From IMG/VR virus record IMGVR_UViG_3300037502_003770, positions 248,001-312,000 of that record: a stretch of DNA of 64,000 nt; one strand, written 5' to 3'. The position numbers and the translations under genes were made by a program. How positions within the stretch are numbered: the stretch's first letter is position 1; each line of letters opens with the position of its first letter. The notes under the pieces are model-generated. The model ran no database searches and had not been told where the DNA came from. It saw only the letters and a program-made list of their open reading frames with translations. Positions 50,374 to 59,155 of this stretch are shown here, in pieces.

Positions 50374-50392
50374 TGTTTGATATTTTAATTTT

Positions 50393-50465
50393 GGTGTTGT
50401 AGCTCAGTTGGTAGAGCGATTGACTGTTAATCAATTGGTCGTAGGTTCAATCCCTACCATCACCG
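50393..50465 (+). tRNA. tRNA-Asn(GTT)
   Basis: Cloverleaf with ATTGA-CTGTTAA-TCAAT anticodon arm and G73; CCA not encoded. Confidence 0.92.
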
Positions 50466-50496
50466 CTTTATTTTAAAAATATAATCTTTCTTTAAT

Positions 50497-51102
50497 ATGA
50501 ATTATTCTAAACATTTATTTATTTCTATTGGTACTGAAATTAACTTTGATTTTCATTCTATTTCTGATGAATATGAATTAAAATTAGTTAATGATTCTAA
50601 AAATAACAATGAATATGCTAGTTTAGTTTATTTAGGTGAATTTTCTGAATTAAAACAATTTACTTTAGGTTATGTAGATTCAACAACAAATGAATTTAAA
50701 AGTAGTACATTTAAAATAGATGATAAATATACAACAGAAAAAGAATTATTAACGATTTTAGTTAAATGTTTAAAACAATTTTATCAAAAATATCCTGTTT
50801 TAAACGGTTATATGTTATTTGATTATATAACTCCTTTTTTAATAAAAAGATTAATTGTTAATGGTTTTTTATTAAATGAATTACCAGCTCATTTAACAGA
50901 TTATACAAAAAAGCCTTGGGAAAAAATAAACTTTTGTTTATATGATTTCTGGAAGTTTGGTAGTTATAATAAATCTGCAACAATGTATATTCTATGTAAA
51001 CTATTTAATGTTGAATTTGATATACATAATATAAATAGTGAGACCTTTCTAAAAAGTTATTTTTCTTTAATTGAGAAAATCTTTAAGAAGAATACTATTT
51101 AA
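50497..51102 (+). CDS. PolB-type 3'-5' exonuclease-like protein, probably catalytically dead
   Basis: EKELL, PFLIKRLIVNG..LP, KPWE and DFWKFG resemble the stand-alone PolB-exo family, but ExoI reads SIGT rather than DIET. Confidence 0.55.
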   Translation: MNYSKHLFISIGTEINFDFHSISDEYELKLVNDSKNNNEYASLVYLGEFSELKQFTLGYVDSTTNEFKSSTFKIDDKYTTEKELLTILVKCLKQFYQKYPVLNGYMLFDYITPFLIKRLIVNGFLLNELPAHLTDYTKKPWEKINFCLYDFWKFGSYNKSATMYILCKLFNVEFDIHNINSETFLKSYFSLIEKIFKKNTI

Positions 51103-51117
51103 ATAAAATATAAACAA

Positions 51118-51191
51118 CGCAGGGTAGAGCAGTGGTCAGCTCGCAAGGCTCATAACCTTTGAGGTCGTTGGTTCGAATCCAATCCCTGCTA
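51118..51191 (+). tRNA. Initiator-type tRNA-Met(CAT)
   Basis: C1:T72 mismatch, A11-U24 pair (GAGC/GCTC), loop CTCATAA; one extra T at the 3' side of the anticodon stem. Confidence 0.85.
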
Positions 51192-51231
51192 CTAATTTAA
51201 ATTAATTTTACTATTTATATAATATATATTT

Positions 51232-52485
51232 ATGTACTCTATTAAAATAAGACTTTATTTAAATAAAAAACAACAAGAAAAATTAGAATCAATTTTTAAT
51301 TCTTGTCGTTTTATTTATAATAAATGTCTTTCTTATAAAATAGATACATATAATAATGAAAAAAGAATTTTAAGTGAATTTGATTTAGTAAATTATTATG
51401 GGCAAGTTTTAAGAAAAGACCCTAATTATAGTTTTTTATTAAATACAAATTCTAAACTACATAATTCTACAATTCTTCATGTTAATTCATCATTTGTCAA
51501 TTTTATTAAACATAATAAAGGTTTTCCTAAGTTTAAAAGTAAAAGAGAAAAAGAAAAAAGTTGTAAATTTCCTAATAAAGCTATTTCTGTTAACTTTTTA
51601 TCAGAAGGAAAGTATTTAAATTTTATAACTGATTTTAATAGAGTAAGGTTTAGAACTTCAAAAAAATATTTAGAAATATTAAAATCTATTAAAAGAGATG
51701 ATATACAAAACATAACTGTTACTAAGAAAAGAAGTGGTATTTATGAAGCTTCCATTTGTTTAAATAAATCAAAACCAAAGGGAAAAAAGTTAAAAGATAC
51801 CAATTCTATTATAGGAATAGATTTAGGTGTTAAACAACTATTAACCCTTTCTGATAATACCTCCTTTCAAAATAAAAAGTTTTATAAGAAAGAGGATATT
51901 AAATTAAAGAAATTACAAAGAAAGCTTTCTAAAAGTATAAAGTGTTTTAAAGAGAGTAAAAATGAAGATAGTAAGTATTTTGGAAAAAATAAAGGTAAAA
52001 ATTTAGAAAAGAACAGATTAAAAGTAGCAAGACTTAATGAAAAAATAACAAACCAAAAAGATACTTATATTCATGAAATAACTTCTAAAATTATAAACGA
52101 AAACCAAGTTATAATAATGGAAGATTTGAATGTACAAGGAATGTTAAAAAATCATAAACTTGCAAGGTCAATTCAAAATGTCTCTTTTTATGAAATAAAG
52201 AGGCAGTTAGAATATAAATCGTCTTTTTATGGAAGAGAATTAATCCTTGTAGATAGGTTTTTTCCATCAAGTAAGACTTGTTCTTGCTGCGGAAGTAAAA
52301 AGAAAGATTTAAAATTAAGTGACCGAGTATACAAATGTAATAACCCTTCATGCGGAGTAGAAATCGATAGAGATTTAAATGCAGCGATTAATATTCGCAA
52401 CGAAGGAATAAAAATAAAAAATAACCTTCACTTAAATGTGAAGGTTATTAAAAAGAAAAGTAGGGGTCCGTTGCTCCGAACATAA
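51232..52485 (+). CDS. tnpB: TnpB RNA-guided endonuclease (IS200/IS605/IS607 family), no adjacent transposase
   Basis: N-terminal HTH (KIRLY..CRFIYN), GFPKFKSK, RuvC D (GIDLG), E (MEDL), D (DRDLNAAINI), zinc ribbon CSCC...C...C. Confidence 0.93.
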   Translation: MYSIKIRLYLNKKQQEKLESIFNSCRFIYNKCLSYKIDTYNNEKRILSEFDLVNYYGQVLRKDPNYSFLLNTNSKLHNSTILHVNSSFVNFIKHNKGFPKFKSKREKEKSCKFPNKAISVNFLSEGKYLNFITDFNRVRFRTSKKYLEILKSIKRDDIQNITVTKKRSGIYEASICLNKSKPKGKKLKDTNSIIGIDLGVKQLLTLSDNTSFQNKKFYKKEDIKLKKLQRKLSKSIKCFKESKNEDSKYFGKNKGKNLEKNRLKVARLNEKITNQKDTYIHEITSKIINENQVIIMEDLNVQGMLKNHKLARSIQNVSFYEIKRQLEYKSSFYGRELILVDRFFPSSKTCSCCGSKKKDLKLSDRVYKCNNPSCGVEIDRDLNAAINIRNEGIKIKNNLHLNVKVIKKKSRGPLLRT

Positions 52486-52596
52486 CGCTTGCGGACTATC
52501 CACTATCGGGGTTATAATTGCAATATATTATAATTAGATATGATAGGTTGAAACAAGAAAAATATAAAACGATGTCTCTCAGGTAACATTTAATAT
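52420..52596 (+). ncRNA. Putative omega-RNA (reRNA) of TnpB; boundaries uncertain
   Basis: GC-richer structured tract overlapping the tnpB 3' end: 12-bp hairpin at 52420-52449, GTAGGG..CCGAA..ACGCTTGCGGACTATC pairing with GATAGGTTGAAACAAG, inner TTATAAT/ATTATAA stem. Confidence 0.6.
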
Positions 52597-52668
52597 GCTC
52601 GGTTGGTCTAACGGTCATGACGACTCACTTTCTATGAGTAAATAAGAGTTCGATTCTCTTATCGAGTA
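52597..52668 (+). tRNA. tRNA-Glu(TTC) with U37
   Basis: Acceptor GCTCGGT/ATCGAGT, anticodon arm ACTCA-CTTTCTA-TGAGT, T arm AAGAG-TTCGATT-CTCTT. Confidence 0.85.
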
Positions 52669-52679
52669 CAATAAAATAC

Positions 52680-52754
52680 GGAGTATTGGTATAATGGTTA
52701 TTACGCTTCACTGTCTATGAAGTAATACGAGTTCGATTCTCGTATACTCCGCCA
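52680..52754 (+). tRNA. tRNA-Asp(GTC) with U37
   Basis: Acceptor GGAGTAT/ATACTCC, anticodon arm CTTCA-CTGTCTA-TGAAG, G73, encoded CCA. Confidence 0.88.
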
Positions 52755-52773
52755 AATTAAATTAATATATAAT

Positions 52774-52989
52774 ATGACAACAGAACAAGGAAAATTTTTT
52801 ACAGTAAAAGTAAAATACGAAGAAACTACTGAAAAGGGTGGTACAAAATTAAAAACAGAATATAAAATTGTAAGAGCAGATTCTACAACAGAAGCTACCG
52901 AAAAGGTTTATAAATTATTCGATAACACAATGCTTATTTTTGAAGTTACTGATGTAAATTCAATGAAAGCTAATGAATATGTTAACTAA
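52774..52989 (+). CDS. DUF4494-like small protein
   Basis: FFTVKVKYE....G..K..TEYKIVRADSTTEATEKV resembles the N-domain of Bacteroidota DUF4494. Confidence 0.6.
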   Translation: MTTEQGKFFTVKVKYEETTEKGGTKLKTEYKIVRADSTTEATEKVYKLFDNTMLIFEVTDVNSMKANEYVN

Positions 52990-53004
52990 AAATAATTATT
53001 TTTT

Positions 53005-53370
53005 ATGATTTCTATTAATTTAGAAGAAACTAAAAATCAAATAAAAGAACTTTTATTTAAAAAAGGAAATCTTTATTTTGAAAGTAAAGATACTGAAATA
53101 AATAAAACTTTTGATGAAGTATATGATATTAATTTATTTCATAATGGAAGTCAGTTTATTTTAACTTTTTTATATAAAAGTTTTTATATTGATGAAGATA
53201 GATTTTTCTTTTTTAAAACCCTTTCTTCAGATAAAGTATTTTTTAATCAAGATGAAAATCTTGATGATGTTATTAATAAAGCTATTGATAACCTAAATAT
53301 GAATAAAATAAATAAAACAATCTTTAATAAAGAATATAGGTCTTTTTTAAAGAAAATTAAAGAATTATAA
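53005..53370 (+). CDS. Hypothetical protein
   Basis: 121-aa ORF. Confidence 0.55.
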   Translation: MISINLEETKNQIKELLFKKGNLYFESKDTEINKTFDEVYDINLFHNGSQFILTFLYKSFYIDEDRFFFFKTLSSDKVFFNQDENLDDVINKAIDNLNMNKINKTIFNKEYRSFLKKIKEL

Positions 53371-53374
53371 AAAT

Positions 53375-53584
53375 ATGTTTTTAGATGTAAGGGACCAAGA
53401 TTATTTAGATAGTAAAGAAAAAAATTCTATTAAAGAAATCATGACAAGTATTATTAATAGAACTGAAAAAACTTTAGAAGAAAGTAGGAAAATATCTAAT
53501 AAAGTACCAGGATTAAATGAAAATTTAAATGATATTGAAAAAATACTTTTAAAAATAAAAGAAAATTTACAAAAATTAAATTAA
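53375..53584 (+). CDS. Small coiled-coil protein
   Basis: 69-aa ORF. Confidence 0.5.
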   Translation: MFLDVRDQDYLDSKEKNSIKEIMTSIINRTEKTLEESRKISNKVPGLNENLNDIEKILLKIKENLQKLN

Positions 53585-53585
53585 A

Positions 53586-54347
53586 ATGGATAATACAGAA
53601 CAACAAATAGAAGAATCAAAAGTAATAGTTACTTATGATGAAAATGGTTTTGCTACGATTCTTTTAAAAGAATTTAATGATATTAAAAATGTTAATATAC
53701 CATCTTGTACAATTAAAGAAATTAAATTATTATCTAATGCTTTATCTGATACCGATAGTAAATATATTACTAAATTAATATATATTGAAAATAAATTAAA
53801 AGATATAGAAAAAGTAGTTAATAAACTACCAACCAAATCAAATTTTGATACATTATATAATAAAGTATCAAGAATTAATGATTATATTTATGAATTAAAA
53901 AATCCTAAAATAGAAGATAGTGAAGAAACTAAAAAGTTTTTAGCTGAACAAAAGGTTTTAAATGATAAAAAGAAAGAAGAATTATTAAAACAATTACTTG
54001 AAGATGAAATTAATGACAATGAGTATAATACAACAAATTATACAAATAAAAATACTCATAAAGTTCATATTAAAGATAATTGCATTATACATAAACATGA
54101 TTTAGAATATACTAAAGATAATTTTTACAATGAAGCAACCAAGTTTCATGGTGAAGATATATTAAAAACAGTAGTTGATATGGATTATAGTTGGTATAAG
54201 AAAAAGTTTTCTATTATAAAAGAAGTTCCAATTATACATGAATATACTGATAATGCAATTTGTATTTTTTTAAAAGATTATTCTGATTTAAAAGATATTG
54301 AAGAACAAATAAAAGATAAAACAATAAAAGAAATTAAATTAATATAA
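53586..54347 (+). CDS. Coiled-coil protein; C-terminal domain paralogous to the next gene
   Basis: VPIIHEY..NAICIFLKDYSDLKDIEEQIKDKTIKEI. Confidence 0.6.
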   Translation: MDNTEQQIEESKVIVTYDENGFATILLKEFNDIKNVNIPSCTIKEIKLLSNALSDTDSKYITKLIYIENKLKDIEKVVNKLPTKSNFDTLYNKVSRINDYIYELKNPKIEDSEETKKFLAEQKVLNDKKKEELLKQLLEDEINDNEYNTTNYTNKNTHKVHIKDNCIIHKHDLEYTKDNFYNEATKFHGEDILKTVVDMDYSWYKKKFSIIKEVPIIHEYTDNAICIFLKDYSDLKDIEEQIKDKTIKEIKLI

Positions 54348-54350
54348 ATT

Positions 54351-54866
54351 ATGGACATGCAACCTTTCATAGAAAGTACAACAGATAAATTAAATCTTAT
54401 CTTAGAAAAAATTTCTTCTTTAGAAGAAAGAGTAAATAAAACATCTAACTTAGAAAATTTTCCAAAAGAAAATAAACTTACAAGTAAAGAGAATAATTCT
54501 TTAAATTTAAAATTTTTTAAAGATGGTACATTAAATATTGAAACAATTGATTTAATTGATTTGTATTATCAAAAAACGTATATTTCTTTGTATAGTTCAA
54601 GATTTTTAGATAAATTAATTTTTAATGATAAAGATAATTTTTTATTATTTTTAAGTGAAGTTAATTCAGATTTTATAAATAATCCTAGAAAACAAGAAAA
54701 ATTAATTAAACTTGGTTATAATAATATAACTAGTGTACCTATTATTTTTTATCATAAATATTTAGGTAATGAAAAATTAAATATTTATTTAAAACAATAT
54801 TCTGATATTAGTTTAATATCAGAAGAAATAAAAAATAAAGATATAAATGGTATATTTTTATATTAA
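54351..54866 (+). CDS. Paralog of the upstream gene's C-terminal domain
   Basis: VPIIFYHKY..NEKLNIYLKQYSDISLISEEIKNKDINGI. Confidence 0.6.
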   Translation: MDMQPFIESTTDKLNLILEKISSLEERVNKTSNLENFPKENKLTSKENNSLNLKFFKDGTLNIETIDLIDLYYQKTYISLYSSRFLDKLIFNDKDNFLLFLSEVNSDFINNPRKQEKLIKLGYNNITSVPIIFYHKYLGNEKLNIYLKQYSDISLISEEIKNKDINGIFLY

Positions 54867-55261
54867 AATTATGGCAATAACAAATGAAAAATTTGATACT
54901 GATGAAGAATATTATTCTTATATTAAAAATCAACCTTTAACAAAAGAAGATTTTAATACAATTAAAAATTCTATAATTAAAACAGAAACAAATTCTGATT
55001 ATTTAATATCAAAATTAAATAATCTTGAAAATGAATTAAATTATAAAAGAATATCAACATCTATTAGAATAAACGAAAAAGAAGATTAATTTTTAAAATA
55101 AAAAATATGTTTTCAGAAGACTACGCATCCCCACCACAACCTTCAGCTGAAGTGAGATTACTAATTGATATTAGTAAATCTTTAAAAGAAATTCTTGCAA
55201 TATTAAAAGAATCACAAAATTCTAATAATTATCAATATAATTTTAATAATAAAATACGTAA

Positions 55262-56794
55262 ATGATTTCAATAGTAGTATCATCACATCTTTCAGATAAT
55301 GAAGATGAACTTTTTAGAAAACATATTTTATCTACCGTAGGATTAAAACCTTCTATGGTAGATATTCACATCTATAAAAATTACAAACAGTATTCTTTAT
55401 CAGAAATATATAATAAAGGATTAAAAGATTCTATCTTTGATAAAGTTATTTTTTGTCATAATGATATTATTTTTAATACTCAAAACTGGGGGAAAAGATT
55501 GTTATCTAATTTTGAAAATAATCCTAAATATGGTATATTAGGTCTTGCAGGTACAACTGATTTATCAGCTCAATCACAAGGTATGTGGTGGCATCACAGC
55601 GAAAGAATGATAGGTCAAGTATCTCATTCTCATAATGGCAGAACTACTGAAAGTAAATACTCTTCAAATTTTGGTGATACTATTTTAGATGTTGTATGTA
55701 TTGATGGATTATTTATTGCTGTAGATAAAACTAAATTAAAAAAAGGTTTTAATCAAGAGTTTGAAGGGTTTCACTTTTATGATATTTCTTTTTGTTGTGA
55801 TAATTTTTTAGAAGGTGTAAATATTGGTGTTATATTTAATATTAAATTAACACATAAATCTATTGGTATGGTAAATGATGAATGGCATGCTAATAGACAA
55901 AAATTTGTTTTTAATTATTGGAATGAATTATCTGAAAATAAGTTTACTTTAAAACCTGATATTCTTTTCACAAAAGAAGTTAAAGTAAATATAAAGAAAG
56001 CACCAAAGGTTGCAATTATTATACCAAATAAATCTAATAATAAAATATTATTTGATTGTATAAATTCTTTTATTCAAAATAATAAATATACAAACTATAC
56101 TTTCTTTATTGCTGATACTGGTTCTAGTGAAGATGAACTTTCTGAAATTGAATCTTTTCTAAAAGAAAATAGTGTTCAATCAAAATTAATTAAGTACAAT
56201 TATTATAATTACGCAAAGATTAATAATGATGTTGTTAAAAATCATGTTACAGATGAATATGAACTTCTATTGTTCTGCAATAACGATATAAAGCTTCTAA
56301 ATAATGTTTTGGACCAAATGGTTCAAGAATATAATTCAAACCCTCACGTTGGTACTATTGGTGCAAGATTACACTATATCGATAATAGTATTCAACATTC
56401 AGGAATAGAATGTTTTTTAAGTAATAAAAATAAACAAGTATATTTAACCCATCATGGTTTAAGGTCTTATTATAATTATTATAATCAAAATACTAATGTA
56501 ATAGGAAATACTGCTGCATTAATGATGATTAATAAAAAATTATTTAATACATTTAATATGTTTAATGAAGAATATAATGAATGTTTTGAAGATGTTGAAC
56601 TTAATGTAAAATGTATTCTTTCTAAAAGAAGTAATATTTTTTTAAGTAACGCTGTTGCTTATCATTATGAATCTATAACAAGAAATCAAGATTTAAATAA
56701 AATAGAAAGACAAAATCAAGATTATCCAAAAATAATTAATTTTATTTTAACAAATTTTAATAAACTATCTACTTATATAAAACAAGTAAACTAA
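55262..56794 (+). CDS. Two-domain GT2-family glycosyltransferase
   Basis: Domain 1: IFCHNDI, IDGLF, GFHFYD. Domain 2: IIIPN, ADTGS, FCNNDI, FEDVEL, HYES. Confidence 0.88.
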   Translation: MISIVVSSHLSDNEDELFRKHILSTVGLKPSMVDIHIYKNYKQYSLSEIYNKGLKDSIFDKVIFCHNDIIFNTQNWGKRLLSNFENNPKYGILGLAGTTDLSAQSQGMWWHHSERMIGQVSHSHNGRTTESKYSSNFGDTILDVVCIDGLFIAVDKTKLKKGFNQEFEGFHFYDISFCCDNFLEGVNIGVIFNIKLTHKSIGMVNDEWHANRQKFVFNYWNELSENKFTLKPDILFTKEVKVNIKKAPKVAIIIPNKSNNKILFDCINSFIQNNKYTNYTFFIADTGSSEDELSEIESFLKENSVQSKLIKYNYYNYAKINNDVVKNHVTDEYELLLFCNNDIKLLNNVLDQMVQEYNSNPHVGTIGARLHYIDNSIQHSGIECFLSNKNKQVYLTHHGLRSYYNYYNQNTNVIGNTAALMMINKKLFNTFNMFNEEYNECFEDVELNVKCILSKRSNIFLSNAVAYHYESITRNQDLNKIERQNQDYPKIINFILTNFNKLSTYIKQVN

Positions 56795-56800
56795 AATAAT

Positions 56801-56953
56801 ATGGAAGAAAATACTATACCAGAAGAAACATTACCAATGGCAGATTGTATCGATTGCGATGAATGTACATGTGGTAAAAAACCACAAGAAGAAAAAATAA
56901 CAACTACACAAGAAGAATGTTTTTGTGGTAAAGCAAATTGTGATTGTGAATAA
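56801..56953 (+). CDS. Cys-rich metallothionein-like microprotein (50 aa), absent from the ORF track
   Basis: MEENTIPEETLPMADCIDCDECTCGKKPQEEKITTTQEECFCGKANCDCE; its TAA overlaps the next ATG (TAATG). Confidence 0.7.
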   Translation: MEENTIPEETLPMADCIDCDECTCGKKPQEEKITTTQEECFCGKANCDCE

Positions 56954-57726
56954 TGAAGTTAGGTGTTTCTTATAATCTTTTTGATGGTGAAGAACTATTA
57001 GAAAAATCCATTCTCTCAATTCGAGAGAATGTTGATTATATATCAGTTGTTTTTCAGATGGTTTCTAATTTAGGTGATATTTGTAATCCTGAAATTAAAA
57101 ATCAATTAATAGAACTTAAATCTAAAGGTTTAATTAATGATTTTTATTTATATATTCCTGATTTACATAATTCTCCACATTATAATGAAATTACAAAAAG
57201 AAATATTGGTTTAGACTTATCTAAATTAAATAATTGTACTCATCATATGTCAATGGATACTGATGAGTTTTATTTAGATAAAGAATTTAAGTTCTTAAAA
57301 GAAGAAATGATTACTAATGATTATGATTCATCTTGTTGTCAAATGCAAACTTATTATAAAGAACCAATATATCAAATTTTTCCTCCTGAAGAATATTATG
57401 TTTCTTTAATATTTAAAATAAGAGAAGGAATTAATTTTGAATTTAATACTTCTTTTCCAACACTAGTTGACCCAACAAGAAGAATGCTTCCTGAAAATTG
57501 TAGAATTTTTAATAGAGAAGAAATTCAAATGCACCATTTTTCTTATGTTAGAAATGATATTAGAAAGAAATTAAGTAATTCTTCAGCTATTTCTAATATA
57601 AAAAATAATATTGAGACAGTAATTAATCATTTTGAAAATTACATATATCCACAGAAAGCTTTATGGGGTGGTGTAGGTATAACGGAATATGAAATTAATA
57701 AAGTAGAAAATATATTTAATATATGA
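56953..57726 (+). CDS. GT-A fold glycosyltransferase-like protein
   Basis: GEELLEKSILSIRENVDYI, E..KRN.GL, MDTDE (DxD), MHHFSYVR. Confidence 0.7.
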   Translation: MKLGVSYNLFDGEELLEKSILSIRENVDYISVVFQMVSNLGDICNPEIKNQLIELKSKGLINDFYLYIPDLHNSPHYNEITKRNIGLDLSKLNNCTHHMSMDTDEFYLDKEFKFLKEEMITNDYDSSCCQMQTYYKEPIYQIFPPEEYYVSLIFKIREGINFEFNTSFPTLVDPTRRMLPENCRIFNREEIQMHHFSYVRNDIRKKLSNSSAISNIKNNIETVINHFENYIYPQKALWGGVGITEYEINKVENIFNI

Positions 57727-58367
57727 AAATAACAGATTTTTTTGATAAGATTTATTGTATAAATTTAGAACATAGAACTGATAGATGGGAACTTGCTTTA
57801 AAAGAATTTAAAAAAATTGGAATAGAAAACGATGTTTTTAGATTTAATGGTGTTTATAATAAAGAAAATGGTAATTTAGGTTGTACTCACAGTCACTATA
57901 ATGTAATTAAACATGCTAAAGATAATAATTATGAAAGAATTTTAATTTTTGAGGATGATGTTTTATTTTTAGATGAAAATATTTCTTTAATTGAAAATAT
58001 TTTAGAACAATTAAAAAATATTGAGTATGATATTTTTTATTTTGGTGCTACTGTTGACCCAAATGTTGGTTTCTTATATAAAGAAACTGAAAATATAGTC
58101 AGAACAAATTTTGCTTATGCTCTTCAATCATATTCTGTTACAAATAAAGTTTATGACTTCATTTTAAAAAATGCAATAAATTATGAAATAATGGATGTAT
58201 TTTTAAATCAATTTTTAGTTCCTTTAAATAAAGCTTACATATCTAATCCAATGTTAACTATTCAACAATCTAATAATTTTTCAGATATTCAGAAGAATAA
58301 TTCAGATTCTTATGAATGGATGATAGATTTTTTTAATAAAATTAAATTAAAATCAAATATTAACTAA
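57723..58367 (+). CDS. GT25-family glycosyltransferase
   Basis: YCINLEHRTDRW, LGCTHSH, LIFEDD. Confidence 0.85.
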   Translation: MKITDFFDKIYCINLEHRTDRWELALKEFKKIGIENDVFRFNGVYNKENGNLGCTHSHYNVIKHAKDNNYERILIFEDDVLFLDENISLIENILEQLKNIEYDIFYFGATVDPNVGFLYKETENIVRTNFAYALQSYSVTNKVYDFILKNAINYEIMDVFLNQFLVPLNKAYISNPMLTIQQSNNFSDIQKNNSDSYEWMIDFFNKIKLKSNIN

Positions 58368-58369
58368 AA

Positions 58370-59155
58370 ATGACTTCTATAAATTTATGTGGTGGTTTAG
58401 GTAATCAGTTATTTCAGATAGCAACTTGTTATAATCATGCTGTATCAAACAATGGTACAGCTATTTTTGATTTAGATTCATGTTACACACCAAATCAAGG
58501 TAATACTTCTTCTAAATATAAAGATAATATTTTTTCAAGATTAAATATTGGTAAAATTACTAATATAGAAAATACTTATAATGAGATAAATCATTATTAT
58601 AATGAAATTCCTTATAAAGAAAATCAAATTTTAAATGGATATTTTCAATCATATAAATATTTTAATAAAGAAGTAATTAACTATATATTTTTATTTACTG
58701 ATGAATATATTATTAATGATTATATTAAACAGTATGAAAATTATTATTTATGTACAATTCATATAAGACGAGGTGATTATCTTTCATTTAATCATGTACA
58801 TAATACATTAGATATCGAATATTATAAAGAGGCAATTTCTTTAATAAAAAATAATTATTCTGCTGTTAAATTCTTTATTATTAGTGATGATATCTCTTTT
58901 TGTAAAGAACATTTTTTTGAAGAAGAATATATTTATCCAGAATTTAATAATGAAGTGTTAGATTTTTTACTTATAAAAAATAGTCATTTAAATATTAATG
59001 CAAACTCAAGTTTTAGTTTATTTGCTTCTTATTTAAATAATTATAATAATATAAAAATATATCCTTCTAAATGGTTTCAAGATAATACACTAGAATACAA
59101 AGTAGAAGATAAAATAAATTTAGAAAATAAGAATAATATAATTATCACATGTTAA
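58370..59155 (+). CDS. GT11 alpha-1,2-fucosyltransferase-like protein
   Basis: GGLGNQLFQ, GYFQS, HIRRGDY, ISDD, ANSSFS. Confidence 0.9.
   Translation: MTSINLCGGLGNQLFQIATCYNHAVSNNGTAIFDLDSCYTPNQGNTSSKYKDNIFSRLNIGKITNIENTYNEINHYYNEIPYKENQILNGYFQSYKYFNKEVINYIFLFTDEYIINDYIKQYENYYLCTIHIRRGDYLSFNHVHNTLDIEYYKEAISLIKNNYSAVKFFIISDDISFCKEHFFEEEYIYPEFNNEVLDFLLIKNSHLNINANSSFSLFASYLNNYNNIKIYPSKWFQDNTLEYKVEDKINLENKNNIIITC

Noticed and set aside
52597-52754. Amber suppressor tRNAs (CTA occurs in both anticodon loops)
   Set aside because: The 5-bp stems fix 7-nt loops with TTC and GTC at positions 34-36; CTA is at 36-38. TAG also serves as a normal stop (recA).
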